Source: Mycobacterium leprae TN (GTDB taxonomy: Bacteria > Actinomycetota > Actinomycetes > Mycobacteriales > Mycobacteriaceae). Taken from it: a stretch of 32,000 bases of DNA. Shown here one piece after another: positions 11,125 through 21,543 of the stretch. A program made the translations under genes and the position numbers. The notes under the pieces are model-generated. The model was not told the DNA's origin. It made no database searches and worked only from the letters and a program-made list of their open reading frames with translations. Location: positions 2,460,001-2,492,000 of the forward strand of contig NC_002677.1 of the NCBI RefSeq assembly GCF_000195855.1, given 5' to 3'. Position 1 is the first letter of the stretch, and each line of letters starts with the position of its first letter.

Positions 11125-11890
11125 TCACGCGGACTTTGTCTCAGACTTTGTCTCACTAGGACCCAATTGTTTGGCCAATTTGATACCTCGGATCGCTCCA
11201 GCGGGCAACGTGAGACCGTAGGCGATGTTTTCTACGCTGACACCGACGCCGTAGGAGGCTTCCAGCAGCCTGAGGCGCTGGACAACAGGGGCTGTCGTCG
11301 AACACGTCCAGCATGGATTGCGGTGACCCCACCGGCGAGGATGTGTAGGGATTGTTGTCAACCAGGATCGCTCCACCGGCCTGCCGAATAGTCACATTAG
11401 GCCCAATCCGTGCGCCATCAACTGAGATTGTCTCAGCACCGCTCGCTCACAACGGGTTAACGATAAGTTGCAGGTCGCGGTCTAGAATGATTTACCGACT
11501 GCCCTTTATATGCGTTGCTTGGAATATGCGTTGCTTGGACACATCGGAAAGATATTAGAGCCTAAACTGGGGTTGGTTACACTCACCGTCAAACCAGGCC
11601 CGATGATTTAGTGTGCTGGCGGCCGCTATGCTAAGCACATCGAGGCGGTCGGCAGTCGTCGACCCTCGGCGTTGTGTGCGAGCCCGAGCTGCTGCACATC
11701 GTCGACTTGAGCCGAAAGCACACTGCGCTGTTGATCTAGCTTGGCCGCAACAGGCCTGGGTAGAACACACTTGCCACCAGTAACTGCTGGGCGGCGCGCA
11801 CACCAGGTGTGACCAAACAAGCTTGTGCAGCCACGACAGCAAATACCGTGGTGACCAGAGCCAGCTACCAACCCTTGCTAGATCCAACTG
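11125..11890 (-). pseudogene. DUF881-family membrane protein pseudogene (Rv1823-like)
   Basis: [41 protein letters not shown] in one frame, [29 protein letters not shown] in another, LPRPVAAKLDQQRSVLSAQVDDVQQLGLAH in a further fragment. Boundaries approximate. Confidence 0.7.
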
Positions 11891-12086
11891 AAAGCGCAGG
11901 CGCGCGGCATGGTTGAGCAGCCACGCTCAGCAGCTGCCGCGGACGTAACCGGGATCGAAACGTACGGGACAACGAAGCACACGGCAGCGAGGGCACACCG
12001 GGACCTTCTTGGGCGGGCTTCCGCGTGAAGATTCTAGCCCGCTTTCGGGTCATAGCCGCTGAGCTGTCGCTCACGTTCGGCCATAT

Positions 12087-12707
12087 TCATCTGGCCTTTC
12101 CCGCAAACTGACGATGGGCTTGGTGCTTGATCTTAGGCATCCACCGCACCACCATCGTCATCTGCACCACATACAGCACGAATGCCCACAGGTACGCATA
12201 GGTACCCCAGATCAGAAACGCCCAACCGCAGGCCCCCAGAACACGGCTCCACAACGTGTCCCAAGTTCCTAGAAGAACGAATGGAAAGCCGACCATCAAG
12301 CTGAACGTCGCCGCCTTACCGATATAGGTCACCGGTAATGACAGCAGTCCGCGACTCCACAGCAACGGCAGCGTTGCGGTCAGTAGCACGTCACGTGCCA
12401 GTAGAGCGACGACAAACCACCACGGCACGATCCCGCTCAACGCCAACACGACGGGGATCGTCACCATGTACAGCCGATCGACAGCGGGGTCAAGCAGCAC
12501 ACCCAACCGCGAATACTGATCCAGCAGCCGGGCAATCTTGCCGTCGGCCCAGTCCGAGACACCGCTGAACACCAGAATCACCACCGCCCAGCCATCGGCG
12601 TGCATGACCAGCAGAACGTAGACAAACGCCGGGATCAGCGCCAGGCGGACAGCGCTGAGCAAATTGGGCACTGTCAGCACCCGATTGGGCGGACACACCG
12701 ACTCCAT
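12087..12707 (-). CDS. pgsA2: CDP-alcohol phosphatidyltransferase (PgsA family, Rv1822-like)
   Basis: NRVLTVPNLLSAVRLALIPAFVYVLL and the CDP-alcohol phosphotransferase motif SDWADGKIARLLDQYSRLGVLLDPAVDR. Track ORF reaches 12761; the conserved start is ATG at 12707. Confidence 0.9.
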   Translation of the reverse strand: MESVCPPNRVLTVPNLLSAVRLALIPAFVYVLLVMHADGWAVVILVFSGVSDWADGKIARLLDQYSRLGVLLDPAVDRLYMVTIPVVLALSGIVPWWFVVALLARDVLLTATLPLLWSRGLLSLPVTYIGKAATFSLMVGFPFVLLGTWDTLWSRVLGACGWAFLIWGTYAYLWAFVLYVVQMTMVVRWMPKIKHQAHRQFAGKAR

Positions 12708-12768
12708 GAGCAGTGACCTTAGCCTGGCGATATGACGGTCCGGATAACGGGCCGAAAGCAATCGGACC

Positions 12769-15105
12769 TCAGCGGAAAACCCCGGGTAGGCTCAAGGGAG
12801 AAAGCGTGTCATCGGACAGCGGGGCATCATTGACCATGTAGGTCCACGTCGACGTCGGCCGCGCTAGTTTGGACAAATCCAGTCCTGGCGCCCCATCAAG
12901 GATATTCGCGGTTTCGAACGTCTGCTGGGCCGCCTCGATCGCGTCGGCGGCCAGCAAAGCAAACGCGTTCACCGCCAACCGGTGAAACTCGTCCAGAGGA
13001 CTTTGCCGGCCGAGCGCGCGCAAATGGATACTTTCACGAATGTCAGCCAGATACGCCAGATGATCGGCCCAGCCACGGTCGAGGTGATACAACATGATCA
13101 ATCGGCAGATCGTCTCGAGCCGTTCTTCGGCCTCCTCTTTGGGCAGTGCCTGAGCCAGCTCCTCGTAACGCTTGGGCGCCAGCTCTGCGAGCTCCTCGCG
13201 CGCGGTTGCACTACTCAGCAACGCGTTTCGCCGATCCACGATGATGGCGCGCTGCTGGGCTATCAACTGGTTGTAGCGCCAGGTATTCGCATGCACGTCC
13301 AGCAGCCGACCCTCCGCAACACGCTGGGCATGGTCAAGCAAACCGGTGGTTTTGAGGCTGATGATGCGGCCATCCTCGTCGGTCTGCATCGGCAACTTGT
13401 TGCGGTCGAGGTTGGCCGCAATGACATCATCTTCCCAGCTGGAGAAGAACACCGACGATCCAGGATCGCCCTGGCGCCCAGCCCGGCCACGCAACTGGTT
13501 ATCCAATCGCTCGGTATGGTGCCGCCCGGTGCCGACCACGTGCAGCCCACCTAGCTCGACGACCCTGTCGTGGTCGGATTCGTCAGATCCACCAAGACGG
13601 ATATCGGTGCCGCGCCCAGCCATCTGGGTGGACACGGTGACCGCACCGAATTTGCCGGCTTCCGCGATGAACCGCGCTTCTTCGGCATCGTTTTTAGCGT
13701 TGAGCACGACCGCGGGCACGCCGTGTCGCAGCAACCGCTCGTGCAGCTCCTCGGATTCGGCAACGTTACGGGTCCCGACCAGCACCGGTTGACCCGTTTC
13801 GTGCACCTCAGCGAGGTGCGCCACGATCGCGTCATTCTTGGCGGCCGCGGTGATGTAGACTCGGTCCGACGCGTCGTCACGAATGTTGGGAGTATTCGGC
13901 GGTATCGGTGACACACCGAGCTTGTAGAACTGGCGTAACTGCTCACCAGCGGCCAGCGCTGTGCCGGTCATACCGCACACAGTGGCGTAACGATTGATCA
14001 GTGCCTGCACTGTGATGGTATCGAGCACTTCGCCGGTCTCGGTGGTCTCGATGCCCTCCTTCGCCTCGACCGCGGCCTGCAGGCCGTCCGGCCAGCGTTG
14101 CAGCTGTGCGATGCGGCCGCGGGAGGCGTTGACTAGATGTACCGCGTCGTCTCGGACAATGTAGTGCACGTCACGCTGCAACAGCACATGGGCGTGCAAT
14201 GCGACGTTTACCTCGGTCAACGTGGTGCCAACGTGTTCCTCGGAGTACAGATCGATGCCACCGAGCGCCTTTTCGACCTTGCGCGCCCCGACATCAGTCA
14301 GGTGGACGTTGCGGCTGTCGGAATCGGTGTCATAATCGGATTCGGCGGACAGCTCGCCGACCAGCTTGATGATCTCGAGCCGCGGCGTCTCCCGATGCGT
14401 GGCACCGGCTAACACGAGCGGCACCAATGCCTCATCGACCAGCACGGAGTCGGCCTCGTCGATAAGGGCCACATCAGGATGGGGCGATACCAGGTCGTCG
14501 ACGTCGGTCACCAACTGATCGCGCAGCACATCAAAACCGATCTCGTTGACCGAGGCGTAGGTGACGTCGCAGCCGTAAGCAGCCTTACGGTCCTCGCGTG
14601 TTGACTCCGCGGTGATCCAGCCCACCGTCAGGCCTATGGCCTCGAGCAGCGGGCCCATCCATTCCGCATCACGGCGGGCCAAATAATCGTTGATCGTCAC
14701 GACGTGCACATGCCGGCCGGCAAGGGCGTATCCGGCCGCCGCAATCGCGCCGGCGAGAGTTTTGCCCTCACCGGTGGCCATCTCGATCACGTCACCAGCA
14801 AGCATGCGTAGCGCCCCGAGTAACTGCACATCAAAAGGCCTCAAACCCGTGGACCGCTCAGACGCTTCCCGGACGATGGCAAGGAATTGGGGGACGTCGC
14901 GAGAATCGGCGAGATCGTTGAGATTGAGCAACCCGCACGCCTTGCGCAACTGCTCATCGCCCAGATCGGCAGCTTCCTTGTGGTAAGCCGCCGCAGCAGT
15001 GACCTCAGCGGAAGAGTAGTTTAGGTTCTTGTCCGTGCTGGCGCCGAGTAGCCGCCAAAATCGACTACTCAGACGGCCAGGCTGAGTGCGAGGCGTCTTA
15101 GACAC
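12769..15105 (-). CDS. secA2: Accessory Sec translocase ATPase SecA2
   Basis: 778-aa ORF; Walker [89 protein letters not shown]. Shorter than housekeeping SecA, with no zinc-binding C-tail. Confidence 0.97.
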   Translation of the reverse strand: MSKTPRTQPGRLSSRFWRLLGASTDKNLNYSSAEVTAAAAYHKEAADLGDEQLRKACGLLNLNDLADSRDVPQFLAIVREASERSTGLRPFDVQLLGALRMLAGDVIEMATGEGKTLAGAIAAAGYALAGRHVHVVTINDYLARRDAEWMGPLLEAIGLTVGWITAESTREDRKAAYGCDVTYASVNEIGFDVLRDQLVTDVDDLVSPHPDVALIDEADSVLVDEALVPLVLAGATHRETPRLEIIKLVGELSAESDYDTDSDSRNVHLTDVGARKVEKALGGIDLYSEEHVGTTLTEVNVALHAHVLLQRDVHYIVRDDAVHLVNASRGRIAQLQRWPDGLQAAVEAKEGIETTETGEVLDTITVQALINRYATVCGMTGTALAAGEQLRQFYKLGVSPIPPNTPNIRDDASDRVYITAAAKNDAIVAHLAEVHETGQPVLVGTRNVAESEELHERLLRHGVPAVVLNAKNDAEEARFIAEAGKFGAVTVSTQMAGRGTDIRLGGSDESDHDRVVELGGLHVVGTGRHHTERLDNQLRGRAGRQGDPGSSVFFSSWEDDVIAANLDRNKLPMQTDEDGRIISLKTTGLLDHAQRVAEGRLLDVHANTWRYNQLIAQQRAIIVDRRNALLSSATAREELAELAPKRYEELAQALPKEEAEERLETICRLIMLYHLDRGWADHLAYLADIRESIHLRALGRQSPLDEFHRLAVNAFALLAADAIEAAQQTFETANILDGAPGLDLSKLARPTSTWTYMVNDAPLSDDTLSPLSLPGVFR

Positions 15106-15212
15106 AGGTTAACGGTACGCTAGCCACCGATCACCTCAAGCAAGCGCGCCTGTACACCGACACGCCGCTAACCCCGGCAATCTGCGGACATTCGCGGCCC
15201 GGGCCGGCGTGA

Positions 15213-16859
15213 TCAAGCCAGGTTGGACCGGCGAGGGTAGGCGACACTCGGATCGGTCAGCACATTCACGACCGACGGCAGACCGGTGACGAAAGCACGT
15301 TCGAGTGCAGGCCGAAGCTCACCGGGCACCGACACCAGCTCGCCGTGACCGCCGAGGGCACGAACCACCTCGTCGTAGCGAGTACCCGGGCGGAGTTCCG
15401 CTACCACCGAGTAGCCGTACAACGCTTCCATCGGGTGTTTCTCTAAGCCCCAGATCCCGTTGTTGCCGATCACCGACACGACGGGAACATTGTGCCGAAC
15501 CAGAGTGTCCCATTCCATGCCGCTGAAGCCAAACGCGCCGTCGCCCTGCAGCAGGACAACTTGACGGTTGGGCCGGGCGAGTTTAGCGGCCAGAGCGTAG
15601 CCAGGGCCCGAACCCAGGCAACCGAACGGCCCGCTGTCCAACCAGCAACCCGGTAGATAGCTGTCGATCACCCGGCCGGCATAAGACCCGAAATCACCGG
15701 CGTCGATCACGACAATCGCGTCGCGGTCCAGCAGCGACGCGAGCTCAGCGTACACCCGCATCGGGTGCAGCGGGAGCCGGTCGTCGTCCAGTTCAGCTTT
15801 CTCAAGGTCACGCGTGGCGGTCTCGGCCGTCCGCAGCGCGCGGATCCAGTCCTGACTGTCGGTCCCACCGACTCCAGCCAACGCCGAGAGAATAGCTGGC
15901 AAATCTCCGTAGAGCCCGGCCGCGACGGGTCGCGGATAGTCGCGATCGGGTTCAGCACGGTCCGCCACCACGAGCTGTGTTTGTGACCCGAACACCTTGC
16001 CGAAGCCCAGCCGGAAATCCATCGGCACCCCAACAACCAGTGCCACATCTGCCTCACCCAATGCTTTTCCCCGCGCCCGCGAGAAAGCCAACGGGTGGTC
16101 GGCGGGCACTACGCCGCGTGCCATTCCGTTCATCAGCACAGGGATCTGGCATTCCTCGGCTAGACGTAGTAGCGCGGCCTCGGCGTGCCCCCACCAGACG
16201 TTGGTCCCGGCCATGATCACCGGCCGGTGCGCCGCGGCTAACAGGCCGGCAGCCCGGTCCAGGGCTTCGGGGTTGGCAGCGGGAGCCACAGGCAAGTTGG
16301 CCAAAGCGCCAGGACCACCGCCAACGTCGTCAGCCATGGAAAACACATAGTCCATCGGGAAATCAACGAAACCCACTCCGGACGGGGCAACCACCGCGGC
16401 CTGCAATGCTTCGTCGACAAGCCGGCCGGCGGCATCCGCCGACTGTGCGGTGGCGGCGAAACGGGCTAGCGGAGCCACGAACGGCACGTGATCAATCTCC
16501 TGTAACGAGCCCATACCCCATCGCAGTGCGGGTGCTCGGCCGCCGAGCACTACCAGCGGCGACTGGTTCTGCTGCGCCGCCGCCATCGCGCTCATACCGT
16601 TGGTGACGCCCGGCCCCGCGGTTAGTACAGCCACACCTGGCTGCCTGGTCACTTTCGACCAACCCTCGGCGGCGAAGGCCGCTGTCTGCTCGTGGCGCGT
16701 GTCTATGAGCCTGATACTCTCGCTACGGCAACCGTCGTAAATGGAAAATAGATGCCCACCTGACAACGTAAAGACGGTGTCGACACCGCTGGCTTTGAGT
16801 CGACGTACGACGAGCCGGCCGGCGTGAATGCTGTGGGTCAGGACAGGGTCGGTGCTCAT
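15213..16859 (-). CDS. ilvG: Thiamine-diphosphate-dependent enzyme, acetolactate synthase large subunit-like
   Basis: 548-aa ORF; [60 protein letters not shown], ThDP motif [29 protein letters not shown]. Confidence 0.94.
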   Translation of the reverse strand: MSTDPVLTHSIHAGRLVVRRLKASGVDTVFTLSGGHLFSIYDGCRSESIRLIDTRHEQTAAFAAEGWSKVTRQPGVAVLTAGPGVTNGMSAMAAAQQNQSPLVVLGGRAPALRWGMGSLQEIDHVPFVAPLARFAATAQSADAAGRLVDEALQAAVVAPSGVGFVDFPMDYVFSMADDVGGGPGALANLPVAPAANPEALDRAAGLLAAAHRPVIMAGTNVWWGHAEAALLRLAEECQIPVLMNGMARGVVPADHPLAFSRARGKALGEADVALVVGVPMDFRLGFGKVFGSQTQLVVADRAEPDRDYPRPVAAGLYGDLPAILSALAGVGGTDSQDWIRALRTAETATRDLEKAELDDDRLPLHPMRVYAELASLLDRDAIVVIDAGDFGSYAGRVIDSYLPGCWLDSGPFGCLGSGPGYALAAKLARPNRQVVLLQGDGAFGFSGMEWDTLVRHNVPVVSVIGNNGIWGLEKHPMEALYGYSVVAELRPGTRYDEVVRALGGHGELVSVPGELRPALERAFVTGLPSVVNVLTDPSVAYPRRSNLA

Positions 16860-16952
16860 ATCAGCAGCCTATCCGCGACTTTCGGGTACCTTCGCCGAGA
16901 GATTTCTGTATTGAGGTGCTTTCAGCGCCTCAATCGCGAGGAGACATCAAAC

Positions 16953-18869
16953 GTGGAGTTAAGACCATTCTATCCATCTGTCAACTGGGGCTACGCGCTG
17001 CCAGACTCGTTGTGGTGGATCGCCAAGGCATGGGCGATCAGTGCCGCTTGCGTCGTTGTCTTGGTAATGCTCAGTTTTATCACCCGCTGGGGTCGCCAAT
17101 ACTGGCGGATTACCCGCGGCTATTTCATCGGACCGCAGTCGGTCGGGGTGTGGCTGATGCTAGCTGTGCTGCTGTTCTCGGTCGTCATCAGCGTGCGGTT
17201 GAACGTTTTGTTCAGCTACCAAAGCAAAGACTTGTATAACGCGCTGCAAGCAGCCTTCGAAGGCGCCGGCGCACAGAACGACCTGGTTAAACAGTCAGGT
17301 ATGCACGGCTTTTGGATGTCGCTCGGAATCTTCTCCATTTTGGCAGTCATATTCATTGCCCGCGTGATGGCCGACATTTATCTGACCCAGCGGTTCATCA
17401 TCGCCTGGCGAATGTGGCTTACCAACCACCTCACAACTGACTGGCTGGACCAGCGCGCCTATTACCGGGAACAATTCATCGACAATACGATCGACAACCC
17501 CGACCAACGTATCCAGCAAGACATCGATATCTTCACCGCCGGCGCCGGCGGCACCCCCAACGGTCCCTCCAACGGAACGGGCAGCACACTGTTGTTTGGG
17601 GCTGTCGAATCGGTGATATCGGTGATTTCGTTCACCGCGATCTTGTGGAACCTTTCCGGTCGGCTCGCCGTGTTTGAGTTCGAAATACCGCGCGCCATGT
17701 TCTGGATCGTCATTGTCTACGTGCTGTTAGCAACGATCATAACGTTCTGGATCGGCCGCCCATTAATCGGGCTGAACTTTGCCAACGAAAAACTCAACGC
17801 CGCCTTCCGCTATGCGTTAGTGCGGTTGCGCGACGCTGCCGAGGCGGTTGCATTTTATCGGGGTGAGGAGGCTGAACGGAAGCAATTGGAGCAGCGCTTC
17901 ACACCGATTATTGACAATTACCGCAGGTACGTCAGCCGCACTATAAGATTCCTAGGTTGGAACGCCTCGGTAAGCCAGACCATTGTTCCGCTACCGTGGA
18001 TTCTTCAGGCACCGCGGCTGTTCGCCGGGAAAATTAACTTGGGGGACGTCGGCCAAACCGCGACCGCATTCGGCAATATTCACGACTCGTTATCGTTCTT
18101 TCGCAACAATTATGCCGCATTTGCGGCTTTCCGGGCCGCAATCATCCGGTTGCATGGACTCGTCGTTGCAAATGCTCGCAGCCGGGAGTTGCCCCACGTA
18201 ACAGCTAAGTCGACGAACGATGGTACAGTTCATGTGGTCGCTGTCGAGGTGCGAACGTCGGCAGGCGAGCAGCTGATTGACCCGCTCGACCTGCAACTTA
18301 ATTGCGGTAGTTCACTGGTCATCACTGGGCGCTCCGGGGTAGGCAAGACCACAATGCTGCGCAGCCTGGCCGAATTGTGGCCATACGCTTCCGGGACCCT
18401 AAGCCGCCCCGACGGCAAGAACGAAACGATGTTCTTATCGCAGTTGCCCTATGTACCACTGGGCAACCTACGCGGCGTGGTGTGTTACCCAAATGCGCCC
18501 GCCGACATCCCTGAAGACACTGTGCGGGACACCCTAACGAAGGTAGCCCTCAACCCGCTGTGTGACCGGCTAGACGAAGAACGGGACTGGGCCAAGATAC
18601 TATCCCCAGGCGAGCAACAACGCATTGCCTTTGCCCGTATCCTGCTCACCAAACCAAAGGCAATATTCCTCGACGAAAGTACGTCCGCGCTTGACGAAGG
18701 GCTGGAATTCGCACTCTACCAAATGCTGCGAAGCGAACTGCCAGACTGCATCATCGTCAGCGTTAGCCATCGGCGCGCAGTCGAGCTGCTCCACGCACAA
18801 CAGCTGGAACTGCTTGGCGGCGGCCAGTGGCGACTGGGCCCAGTGGAAAAGGAGCCGCTGCATGTCTAG
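16953..18869 (+). CDS. bacA: BacA/SbmA-like ABC transporter (Rv1819c-like), fused membrane and ATPase domains
   Basis: Track ORF 16824-18869; the conserved N-terminus ([12 protein letters not shown]...) starts at GTG 16953, giving 638 aa. [27 protein letters not shown], Walker [10 protein letters not shown], signature [31 protein letters not shown]. Confidence 0.94.
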   Translation: MELRPFYPSVNWGYALPDSLWWIAKAWAISAACVVVLVMLSFITRWGRQYWRITRGYFIGPQSVGVWLMLAVLLFSVVISVRLNVLFSYQSKDLYNALQAAFEGAGAQNDLVKQSGMHGFWMSLGIFSILAVIFIARVMADIYLTQRFIIAWRMWLTNHLTTDWLDQRAYYREQFIDNTIDNPDQRIQQDIDIFTAGAGGTPNGPSNGTGSTLLFGAVESVISVISFTAILWNLSGRLAVFEFEIPRAMFWIVIVYVLLATIITFWIGRPLIGLNFANEKLNAAFRYALVRLRDAAEAVAFYRGEEAERKQLEQRFTPIIDNYRRYVSRTIRFLGWNASVSQTIVPLPWILQAPRLFAGKINLGDVGQTATAFGNIHDSLSFFRNNYAAFAAFRAAIIRLHGLVVANARSRELPHVTAKSTNDGTVHVVAVEVRTSAGEQLIDPLDLQLNCGSSLVITGRSGVGKTTMLRSLAELWPYASGTLSRPDGKNETMFLSQLPYVPLGNLRGVVCYPNAPADIPEDTVRDTLTKVALNPLCDRLDEERDWAKILSPGEQQRIAFARILLTKPKAIFLDESTSALDEGLEFALYQMLRSELPDCIIVSVSHRRAVELLHAQQLELLGGGQWRLGPVEKEPLHV

Positions 18870-19829
18870 CTAGCGCGGTGCTACCGCACGCTAACAGGTA
18901 GCACCCTTGCAGGGTTAACGAGTACAGGTTCGCATGCCCGAGCTCAAATTCACGGGACGAAGTGTCCATGTAGAGCACATACGGACCGTGCTTTTCTCGC
19001 CGGCCAGAGGAAATCGCGGTCCGCCGGTGATTCGTGGGTGTGCAAACATGCAAGCCACGCCCGACAGGTTCGGGCATAGTCAGTCGCGTCGATCTTTCGT
19101 TACTTTCTTCACCTCAAACCATTTCTCGCACGCGGTAGGCAATTCAGGCGCTCTAGTGGTGGGTGGTTTTGAGGCGTTTAGGTGTGGTTGGTTGAGGTAA
19201 GTGGGCGGTGTATGTGGTTGCTGTCTTGGAGTTGCGCGATGGCGACCGGGGTCGGCTGGGGTGGTTGACGAGGGTGTTGTGGGTGCTGGTGGGGCAGGTG
19301 ACACGGGCGTGGATTGTGTGGTTGGTGTCCGATGGAGTGGCTAGATACTGATATCGCGGTTCGGGTACGCCGGGGACGGGACGTGCTTCGGTGATCGATG
19401 AGGTCATGGTGCTCGTAGAGACGTTGGTCGGCGATGTTATGCGAATCGGCCGTTCAGCGTCGGAGCGGCCCGTCACCGGAGCAGTTGATGGCTGTGGGGG
19501 ATTTCGTTTTCCTTGGTCGCGCGGATCTGGCATAAGTGGGGGCATCCAGTCGCATCGCGTGAAGACCTTCAAGTTCGTTACCGACCCCGACGTGGGAGAC
19601 CAAACGGCGTGATGTGGTCGGGCTCGACCTGGATCCACGTGCGTCACGAAGTGCTGATGATTGGCATGGCAGTGAAGGTGAGAGATCTTCGCCGCCGGGC
19701 CTGTCGCAGCAGGAACGGTGAAGCGGGGGCACCTTGGCCTTGGGTGGCGTCGGGAAGGGGAGGAATCGTCCTAGGTCCTGCTTGGGTGTTGTGTGGCCAA
19801 CACGATTTATCGGGTTGGGGTCATCGTCG

Positions 19830-21005
19830 GTCGATCGTGGCCGCAGGTTTGATGACCTGTTCAATCTCGTGTGTGACCCGGCGAACATTGTTGGTGGCGT
19901 TTGACTGGGTCACGGGCAACTATGGGGCGAATACTGCTGGTGTGGACGCCCGGACCGGAGCCCATGTTGAGGAAATCGTCGAGGTAGCGGGTTGTTGGAC
20001 AATCTGCGGATCGAGTCGTTCAGGCTGCGTTGAAGCTGGTGTTGGAGCCTGTCGTCGAGGCCGCTTTCGAGCCGATCTCCCCTGGATTCCGCCCCCAAGC
20101 GGCGATCTCAGGGACACGATCGCCGAAATTCACCAATACAGCACTACAAGCTATCGGTGGGTGCTGTATGCAGACATTGAGGTGCGCTGTGACTCTATCT
20201 CACATTCTGCTCTGTTGGAGCGGATGCTATTGCCAGTCAAGGATAAACGCGTACTTGGTCCTGGTGAAGGCGTTTTCTAAGGCCGGTGTGCTCACCGAGT
20301 CTGGTGAGCACCAGAACACTCACACCGGAACGTCTCAGGGCAATATCTTGTCGCCGGTGCTGACCAACATCGCCTTGCCTGGGCTCGATGAGTATCGGAT
20401 GCAGCCATGGAAACCGTGCGGCTCGATGTCCACTGCTTACCTGCCTAGTCGGCGCCGCGTCACAGGCCTGCTGAGTACAACGCAGTCGTCCCGCGTAGCG
20501 GACGACTGCGTTGTACTCAGCACATGGCGACCAGACACGCCAGAGGCCTGCAAAACGAAATAAACTCGATGCTTACGCCTCTAGGTCTGCAGCTGTCGAC
20601 TGCAAAGACAAAGACCGCGCACTTCGGTAACTGGTATGGACTTTCGCGGCTTCCACACCGGGTGGACACCCAAGAAGGCAACGACCACGTGGGCATGTCT
20701 AGGACTTGTATCGCCGACCGGGCACGACGGTCGGTCAAAGCCAAGATCCGTGCCCTGGCAAACAGGAAATCACAGCGCAATCCGGGGGCCGTGCTGGCAC
20801 AGATCAACCATCGGTGGTTTCGAGCACTGTATCGCCGGAGATGGAAAGACATTCGCCGGCAGTTCACCACCTCCGAAAAACGGTGAAAACCGATTGACGC
20901 AGAAGAGACCACCCTATTGAACCCGACCTCGATACCGGTCACCCGGTACCGCTACCAAATCACCACAATACCCAACCCTTGGACCAGTATTCCCACCGCC
21001 TAACG
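19830..21005 (+). pseudogene. Group II intron-type reverse transcriptase/maturase pseudogene (multiple frameshifts)
   Basis: Ordered RT-family pieces across frames: RRFDDLFNLVCDP, GNYGANTAGVDARTGAHVEE, KLVLEPVVEAAFEPISPGFRPQ, DTIAEIHQYSTTSYRWVLYADIE, ISHSALLERM, LVKAFSKAGVLTESGEHQNTHTGTSQGNILSPVLTNIALPGLDEY, VADDCVVL, MLTPLGLQLSTAKTKTAHF, DFRGFHTGW, SVKAKIRALANRKSQRNPGAVLAQIN, WKDIRRQFT, IPVTRYRYQITTIPNPW. Confidence 0.88.
20471..20520. repeat. Perfect 21-bp inverted repeat with 8-nt spacer
   Basis: Left arm 20471-20491 ctgagtacaacgcagtcgtcc, spacer 20492-20499 cgcgtagc, right arm 20500-20520 ggacgactgcgttgtactcag; the arms are exact reverse complements. Confidence 0.97.
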
Positions 21006-21543
21006 GTAGTGACCATGAAAAGCCCGGTGCGCAAAGACGCGCACACCAGGATCGGCGACCAGTCTGGGAAACGGACCGAAAGTAATACACCCACACCGCG
21101 CCCCAGGCCTACTCAACCCGCGGCCGCGATTATGCTCTAGCGTCGACAATGAAGCCCCAGACCCAAGCAGCTGGATCACACCCAAACCGATTCTGCCACT
21201 ACCTTCAAACTCGCCACCAAAACACACCCACACATACAGGCATGCCCCAATCTGCGACAACTACGCCAACCCACAAACCCCCAGCAGCCGATCCTGGCTA
21301 CAGGATAACCAGCAAGCCACACTGCACTTCACACCGACAAGCTGCTCATAGCTGACACATAACCAAAATCTTCTTCACCACCATCACCCGCCACAACACG
21401 TTCACCGATATCAACAACCTCGAAACCGCGATCCCCACCTACAACGAACACACCACACCGTTCACCTGAACCCAGACCGCAGACACCCCCTCAACAAAAT
21501 CAAACGTTAAAACAATCACCAACACACAACACTAGCGAACACA

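Noticed and set aside
12982-13554. 190-aa plus-strand ORF and other long ORFs opposite secA2
   Set aside because: Antisense shadow frames of the intact secA2 gene in high-GC DNA.
19513-20280. 255-aa plus-strand ORF as a novel gene
   Set aside because: Its C-terminal half is one frame of the broken RT (GDLRDTIAEIHQYSTTSYRWVLYADIE...); other RT parts lie in overlapping frames, so it is a pseudogene fragment.
19830-21005. RT relic as a retron, DGR or anti-phage (Abi/DRT) defence system
   Set aside because: Segment order and sequences (LKLVLEP, GFRP, NTHTGTSQGNILSPVLTNIAL, IPVTRYRY...NPW) fit group II intron maturases; no msr/msd, template/variable repeat or partner effector was visible and the ORF is broken.
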